The notes under the pieces were generated by a model that saw only the letters and a program-made list of their open reading frames with translations, was not told the DNA's origin and ran no database searches. A stretch of 64,000 nt of DNA. Source: Auanema rhodensis (taxonomy: Eukaryota > Animalia > Nematoda). Both the position numbers and the translations under genes were made by a program. Shown piece by piece: positions 56,001-64,000 of this stretch. Each line of letters begins with the position of its first letter. The stretch's first letter is position 1. The DNA lies in NCBI GenBank assembly GCA_964057225.1, contig OZ059898.1, positions 2,170,001-2,234,000 on the forward strand. Reading direction: 5' to 3'.

Positions 56001-59000
56001 CGATCATAACTAATTTTTGTATTAAGAGTTTCTCAATGTAGTATAGTGCATTCGATGCGGATTTTTAAGCTGCGTCGATCTGTGTTATCAGATTTGCGCT
56101 AGCTTAAAAATGCACCGAGATATCAACTGATATAAGTTCACACTTATATCCTCGATTTTCACCCTGAAGAATTAATTTTTTTGTTGAATAACATTGTCCA
56201 TCGTCTTTGCCTTGAAAAAAGGAATCTAAAAACATCTACTTTTTGCTAAATTATTTTGAAATTTTTCGAAAAAATTTTTGTCAAAATGTTTTTGGAAGCA
56301 ATGTTGAGTGTACATGGAAACTCAACATACACTAATGCATCATTTTTCAAACGATCATAACTAATTTTTGTATTAAGCGTTTCTCAATGTAGTATAGTGC
56401 ATTCGATGCGGATTTTTAAGCTGCGTCGATCTGTGTTATCAGATTTGCGCTAGCTTAAAAATGCACCGAGATATCAACTGATATAAGTTCAAACTTATAT
56501 CCTCGATTTTCACCCTGAAGAATTAATTTTTTTGTTGAATAACATTGTCCATCGTCTTTGCCTTGAAAAAAGGAATCTAAAAACATCTACTTTTTGCTAA
56601 ATTATTTTGAAATTTTTCGAAAAAATTTTTGTCAAAATGTTTTTGGAAGCAATGTTGAGTGTACATGGAAACTCAACATACACTAATGCATCATTTTTCA
56701 AACGATCATAACTAATTTTTGTATTAAGCGTTTCTCAATGTAGTATAGTGCATTCGATGCGGATTTTTAAGCTGCGTCGATCTGTGTTATCAGATTTGCG
56801 CTAGCTTAAAAATGCACCGAGATATCAACTGATATAAGTTCAAACTTATATCCTCGATTTTCACCCTGAAGATTTAATTTTTTTGTTGAATAACATTGTC
56901 CATCGTCTTTGCCTTGAAAAAAGGAATCTAAAAACATCTACTTTTTGCTAAATTATTTTGAAATTTTCTGAAAAAATTTTTGTCAAAATGTTTTTGGAAG
57001 CAATGTTGAGTGTACATGGAAACTCAACATACACTAATGCATCATTTTTCAAACGATCATAACTAATTTTTGTATTAAGCGTTTCTCAATGTAGTATAGT
57101 GCATTCGATGCGGATTTTTAAGCTGCGTCGATCTGTGTTATCAGATTTGCGCTAGCTTAAAAATGCACCGAGATATCAACTGATATAAGTTCACACTTAT
57201 ATCCTCGATTTTCACCCTGAAGATTTAATTTTTTCGTTGAATAACATTGTCCATCGTCTTTGCCTTGAAAAATGGAATCTAAAAACATCTACTTTTTGCT
57301 AAATTATTTTGAAATTTTTCGAAAAAATTTTTGTCAAAATGTTTTTGGAAGCTATGTTGAGTGTACATGGAAACTCAACATACACTAATGCATCATTTTT
57401 CAAACGATCATAACTAATTTTTGTATTAAGCGTTTCTCAATGTAGTATAGTGCATTCGATGCGGATTTTTAAGCTGCGTCGATCTGTGTTATCAGATTTG
57501 CGCTAGCTTAAAAATGCACCGAGATATCAACTGATATAAGTTCACACTTATATCCTCGATTTTCACCCTGAAGAATTAATTTTTTTGTTGAATAACATTG
57601 TCCATCGTCTTTGCCTTGAAAAAAGGAATCTAAAAACATCTACTTTTTGCTAAATTATTTTGAAATTTTTCGAAAAAATTTTTGTCAAAATGTTTTTGGA
57701 AGCAATGTTGAGTGTACATGGAAACTCAACATACACTAATGCATCATTTTTCAAACGATCATAACTAATTTTTGTATTAAGCGTTTCTCAATGTATTATA
57801 GTGCATTCGATGCGGATTTTTAAGCTGCGTCGATCTGTGTTATCAGATTTGCGCTAGCTTAAAAATGCACCGTGAAATCAACTGATATAAGTTCACACTT
57901 ATATCCTCGATTTTCACCCTGAAGAATTAATGTTTTCGTTGAATAACATTGTCAATCGTCTTTGCCTTGAAAAAAGGAATCTAAAAACATCTACTTTTTG
58001 CTAAATTATTTTGAAATTTTTCGAAAAAATTTTTGTCAAAATGTTTTTGGAAGCAATGTTGAGTGTACATGGAAACTCAACATACACTAATGCATCATTT
58101 TTCAAACGATCATAACTAATTTTTGTATTAAGCGTTTCTCAATGTATTATAGTGCATTCGATGCGGATTTTTAAGCTGCGTCGATCTGTGTTATCAGATT
58201 TGCGCTAGCTTAAAAATGCACCGTGAAATCAACTGATATAAGTTCACACTTATATCCTCGATTTTCACCCTGAAGAATTAATGTTTTCGTTGAATAACAT
58301 TGTCAATCGTCTTTGCCTTGAAAAAAGGAATCTAAAAACATCTACTTTTTGCTAAATTATTTTGAAATTTTTCGAAAAAATTTTTGTCAAAATGTTTTTG
58401 GAAGCAATGTTGAGTGTACATGGAAACTCAACATACACTAATGCATCATTTTTCAAACGATCATAACTAATTTTTGTATTAAGCGTTTCTCAATGTAGTA
58501 TAGTGCATTCGATGCGGATTTTTAAGCTGCGTCGATCTGTGTTATCAGATTTGCGCTAGCTTAAAAATGCACCGAGATATCAACTGATATAAGTTCAAAC
58601 TTATATCCTCGATTTTCACCCTGAAGAATTAATTTTTTTGTTGAATAACATTGTCCATCGTCTTTGCCTTGAAAAAAGGAATCTAAAAACATCTACTTTT
58701 TGCTAAATTATTTTGAAATTTTTCGAAAAAATTTTTGTCAAAATGTTTTTGGAAGCAATGTTGAGTGTACATGGAAACTCAACATACACTAATGCATCAT
58801 TTTTCAAACGATCATAACTAATTTTTGTATTAAGCGTTTCTCAATGTAGTATAGTGCATTCGATGCGGATTTTTAAGCTGCGTCGATTTGTGTTATCAGA
58901 TTTGCGCTAGCTTAAAAATGCACCGAGATATAAACTGATATAAGTTCACACTTATATCCTCGATTTTCACCCAGAAGATTTAATTTTTTCGTTGAATAAC

Positions 59001-62000
59001 ATTGTCCATCGTCTTTGCCTTGAAAAAAGGAATCTAAAAACATCTACTTTTTGCTAAATTATTTTGAAATTTTTCGAAAAAATTTTTGTCAAAATGTTTT
59101 TGGAAGCAATGTTGAGTGTACATGGAAACTCAACATACACTAATGCATCATTTTTCAAACGATCATAACTAATTTTTGTATTAAGCGTTTCTCAATGTAT
59201 TATAGTGCATTCGATGCGGATTTTTAAGCTGCGTCGATCTGTGTTATCAGATTTGCGCTAGCTTAAAAATGCACCGTGAAATCAACTGATATAAGTTCAC
59301 ACTTATATCCTCGATTTTCACCCTGAAGAATTAATGTTTTCGTTGAATAACATTGTCAATCGTCTTTGCCTTGAAAAAAGGAATCTAAAAACATCTACTT
59401 TTTGCTAAATTATTTTGAAATTTTTCGAAAAAATTTTTGTCAAAATGTTTTTGGAAGCAATGTTGAGTGTACATGGAAACTCAACATACACTAATGCATC
59501 ATTTTTCAAACGATCATAACTAATTTTTGTATTAAGAGTTTCTCAATGTAGTATAGTGCATTCGATGCGGATTTTTAAGCTGCGTCGATCTGTGTTATCA
59601 GATTTGCGCTAGCTTAAAAATGCACCGAGATATCAACTGATATAAGTTCACACTTATATCCTCGATTTTCACCCTGAAGAATTAATTTTTTTGTTGAATA
59701 ACATTGTCCATCGTCTTTGCCTTGAAAAAAGGAATCTAAAAACATCTACTTTTTGCTAAATTATTTTGAAATTTTTCGAAAAAATTTTTGTCAAAATGTT
59801 TTTGGAAGCAATGTTGAGTGTACATGGAAACTCAACATACACTAATGCATCATTTTTCAAACGATCATAACTAATTTTTGTATTAAGCGTTTCTCAATGT
59901 AGTATAGTGCATTCGATGCGGATTTTTAAGCTGCGTCGATCTGTGTTATCAGATTTGCGCTAGCTTAAAAATGCACCGAGATATCAACTGATATAAGTTC
60001 AAACTTATATCCTCGATTTTCACCCTGAAGAATTAATTTTTTTGTTGAATAACATTGTCCATCGTCTTTGCCTTGAAAAAAGGAATCTAAAAACATCTAC
60101 TTTTTGCTAAATTATTTTGAAATTTTTCGAAAAAATTTTTGTCAAAATGTTTTTGGAAGCAATGTTGAGTGTACATGGAAACTCAACATACACTAATGCA
60201 TCATTTTTCAAACGATCATAACTAATTTTTGTATTAAGCGTTTCTCAATGTAGTATAGTGCATTCGATGCGGATTTTTAAGCTGCGTCGATCTGTGTTAT
60301 CAGATTTGCGCTAGCTTAAAAATGCACCGAGATATCAACTGATATAAGTTCAAACTTATATCCTCGATTTTCACCCTGAAGATTTAATTTTTTTGTTGAA
60401 TAACATTGTCCATCGTCTTTGCCTTGAAAAAAGGAATCTAAAAACATCTACTTTTTGCTAAATTATTTTGAAATTTTCTGAAAAAATTTTTGTCAAAATG
60501 TTTTTGGAAGCAATGTTGAGTGTACATGGAAACTCAACATACACTAATGCATCATTTTTCAAACGATCATAACTAATTTTTGTATTAAGCGTTTCTCAAT
60601 GTATTATAGTGCATTCGATGCGGATTTTTAAGCTGCGTCGATCTGTGTTATCAGATTTGCGCTAGCTTAAAAATGCACCGTGAAATCAACTGATATAAGT
60701 TCACACTTATATCCTCGATTTTCACCCTGAAGAATTAATGTTTTCGTTGAATAACATTGTCAATCGTCTTTGCCTTGAAAAAAGGAATCTAAAAACATCT
60801 ACTTTTTGCTAAATTATTTTGAAATTTTTCGAAAAAATTTTTGTCAAAATGTTTTTGGAAGCAATGTTGAGTGTACATGGAAACTCAACATACACTAATG
60901 CATCATTTTTCAAACGATCATAACTAATTTTTGTATTAAGCGTTTCTCAATGTAGTATAGTGCATTCGATGCGGATTTTTAAGCTGCGTCGATCTGTGTT
61001 ATCAGATTTGCGCTAGCTTAAAAATGCACCGAGATATCAACTGATATAAGTTCAAACTTATATCCTCGATTTTCACCCTGAAGAATTAATTTTTTTGTTG
61101 AATAACATTGTCCATCGTCTTTGCCTTGAAAAAAGGAATCTAAAAACATCTACTTTTTGCTAAATTATTTTGAAATTTTTCGAAAAAATTTTTGTCAAAA
61201 TGTTTTTGGAAGCAATGTTGAGTGTACATGGAAACTCAACATACACTAATGCATCATTTTTCAAACGATCATAACTAATTTTTGTATTAAGCGTTTCTCA
61301 ATGTAGTATAGTGCATTCGATGCGGATTTTTAAGCTGCGTCGATCTGTGTTATCAGATTTGCGCTAGCTTAAAAATGCACCGAGATATCAACTGATATAA
61401 GTTCAAACTTATATCCTCGATTTTCACCCTGAAGATTTAATTTTTTTGTTGAATAACATTGTCCATCGTCTTTGCCTTGAAAAAAGGAATCTAAAAACAT
61501 CTACTTTTTGCTAAATTATTTTGAAATTTTCTGAAAAAATTTTTGTCAAAATGTTTTTGGAAGCAATGTTGAGTGTACATGGAAACTCAACATACACTAA
61601 TGCATCATTTTTCAAACGATCATAACTAATTTTTGTATTAAGCGTTTCTCAATGTATTATAGTGCATTCGATGCGGATTTTTAAGCTGCGTCGATCTGTG
61701 TTATCAGATTTGCGCTAGCTTAAAAATGCACCGTGAAATCAACTGATATAAGTTCACACTTATATCCTCGATTTTCACCCTGAAGAATTAATGTTTTCGT
61801 TGAATAACATTGTCAATCGTCTTTGCCTTGAAAAAAGGAATCTAAAAACATCTACTTTTTGCTAAATTATTTTGAAATTTTTCGAAAAAATTTTTGTCAA
61901 AATGTTTTTGGAAGCAATGTTGAGTGTACATGGAAACTCAACATACACTAATGCATCATTTTTCAAACGATCATAACTAATTTTTGTATTAAGCGTTTCT

Positions 62001-64000
62001 CAATGTAGTATAGTGCATTCGATGCGGATTTTTAAGCTGCGTCGATCTGTGTTATCAGATTTGCGCTAGCTTAAAAATGCACCGAGATATCAACTGATAT
62101 AAGTTCACACTTATATCCTCGATTTTCACCCTGAAGATTTAATTTTTTTGTTGAATAACATTGTCCATCGTCTTTGCCTTGAAAAAAGGAATCTAAAAAC
62201 ATCTACTTTTTGCTAAATTATTTTGAAATTTTTCGAAAAAATTTTTGTCAAAATGTTTTTGGAAGCAATGTTGAGTGTACATGGAAACTCAACATACACT
62301 AATGCATCATTTTTCAAACGATCATAACTAATTTTTGTATTAAGCGTTTCTCAATGTAGTATAGTGCATTCGATGCGGATTTTTAAGCTGCGTCGATCTG
62401 TGTTATCAGATTTGCGCTAGCTTAAAAATGCACCGAGATATCAACTGATATAAGTTCAAACTTATATCCTCGATTTTCACCCTGAAGAATTAATTTTTTT
62501 GTTGAATAACATTGTCCATCGTCTTTGCCTTGAAAAAAGGAATCTAAAAACATCTACTTTTTGCTAAATTATTTTGAAATTTTTCGAAAAAATTTTTGTC
62601 AAAATGTTTTTGGAAGCAATGTTGAGTGTACATGGAAACTCAACATACACTAATGCATCATTTTTCAAACGATCATAACTAATTTTTGTATTAAGCGTTT
62701 CTCAATGTAGTATAGTGCATTCGATGCGGATTTTTAAGCTGCGTCGATCTGTGTTATCAGATTTGCGCTAGCTTAAAAATGCACCGAGATATAAACTGAT
62801 ATAAGTTCACACTTATATCCTCGATTTTCACCCAGAAGATTTAATTTTTTCGTTGAATAACATTGTCCATCGTCTTTGCCTTGTAAAATGGAATCTAAAA
62901 ACATCTACTTTTTGCTAAATTATTTGGAAATTTTTCGAAAAAATTTTTGTCAAAATGTTTTTGGAAGCAATGTTGAGTGTACATGGAAACTCAACATACA
63001 CTAATGCATCATTTTTCAAACGATCATAACTAATTTTTGTATTAAGCGTTTCTCAATGTAGTATAGTGCATTCGATGCGGATTTTTAAGCTGCGTCGATC
63101 TGTGTTATCAGATTTGCGCTAGCTTAAAAATGCACCGAGATATCAACTGATATAAGTTCAAACTTATATCCTCGATTTTCACCCTGAAGAATTAATTTTT
63201 TTGTTGAATAACATTGTCCATCGTCTTTGCCTTGGAAAAAGGAATCTAAAAACATCTACTTTTTGCTAAATTATTTTGAAATTTTTCGAAAAAATTTTTG
63301 TCAAAATGTTTTTGGAAGCAATGTTGAGTGTACATGGAAACTCAACATACACTAATGCATCATTTTTCAAACGATCATAACTAATTTTTGTATTAAGCGT
63401 TTCTCAATGTAGTATAGTGCATTCGATGCGGATTTTTAAGCTGCGTCGATCTGTGTTATCAGATTTGCGCTAGCTTAAAAATGCACCGAGATATCAACTG
63501 ATATAAGTTCACACTTATATCCTCGATTTTCACCCTGAAGATTTAATTTTTTCGTTGAATAACATTGTCCATCGTCTTTGCCTTGAAAAATGGAATCTAA
63601 AAACATCTACTTTTTGCTAAATTATTTTGAAATTTTTCGAAAAAATTTTTGTCAAAATGTTTTTGGAAGCAATGTTGAGTGTACATGGAAACTCAACATA
63701 CACTAATGCATCATTTTTCAAACGATCATAACTAATTTTTGTATTAAGAGTTTCTCAATGTAGTATAGTGCATTCGATGCGGATTTTTAAGCTGCGTCGA
63801 TCTGTGTTATCAGATTTGCGCTAGCTTAAAAATGCACCGAGATATCAACTGATATAAGTTCACACTTATATCCTCGATTTTCACCCTGAAGATTTAATTT
63901 TTTTGTTGAATAACATTGTCCATCGTCTTTGCCTTGAAAAAAGGAATCTAAAAACATCTACTTTTTGCTAAATTATTTTGAAATTTTTCGAAAAAATTTT
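47009..64000 (+). repeat. Large intra-array segmental duplication, copy 2 (continues past window end)
   Basis: Collinear monomer haplotypes with 23141-37904; all offsets are exact multiples of 351. Confidence 0.9.
53351..53542 (-). other. Second copy of the incidental 63-aa ORF, produced by the segmental duplication
   Basis: Same A>G at 53440; offset from the first copy is 25974 = 74x351. Confidence 0.9.

Larger units (their letters stand above)
1..64000 (+). repeat. Tandem satellite DNA array, 351-bp monomer, about 182.3 head-to-tail copies, runs off both window edges; probably centromeric/pericentromeric
   Basis: Unit start 'tttcaccctgaaga' recurs at 1, 352, 703, 1054 ... 63879. 63879 = 182x351+1-4, matching exactly four 1-bp deletions (after 1217, 4024, 7182, 19466). 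No non-satellite sequence or inversion seen. Chromosomal role is inferred from array length and homogeneity. Confidence 0.99.

Noticed and set aside
1-64000. CRISPR array or cassette array with variable spacers
   Set aside because: No unique spacers or cassettes; the whole 351-bp unit is repeated almost identically and no cas or integrase ORF is present.

Overview
The whole 64 kb window is one uninterrupted head-to-tail array of a 351-bp AT-rich satellite monomer (about 31% GC by hand count): 182 full copies plus a 122-bp partial copy, all in one orientation. Most copies differ from consensus at only a few bases. The register (copy 183 starts at 63879) is fully explained by four copies of one 1-bp deletion. 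This looks like eukaryotic centromeric/pericentromeric heterochromatin (inference). CpG is not depleted, which points to a host with little CpG methylation, but I cannot name the species or family. I see no genes, intact RNA genes, transposon insertions or CRISPR, and no new protein-coding system; the two 63-aa ORFs are by-products of one SNP. The interesting structure is in (i) the monomer, which carries four dyads/hairpins, an apparently invariant 39-bp box and patchy similarity to insect 5S rRNA, and (ii) the SNP pattern across copies, which shows two sub-family domains, nested 1-9-mer duplications and a ~24-26 kb-period segmental duplication. Monomer positions below are numbered on the first copy (window 1-351). 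All variant calls were made by eye and need confirming by alignment.
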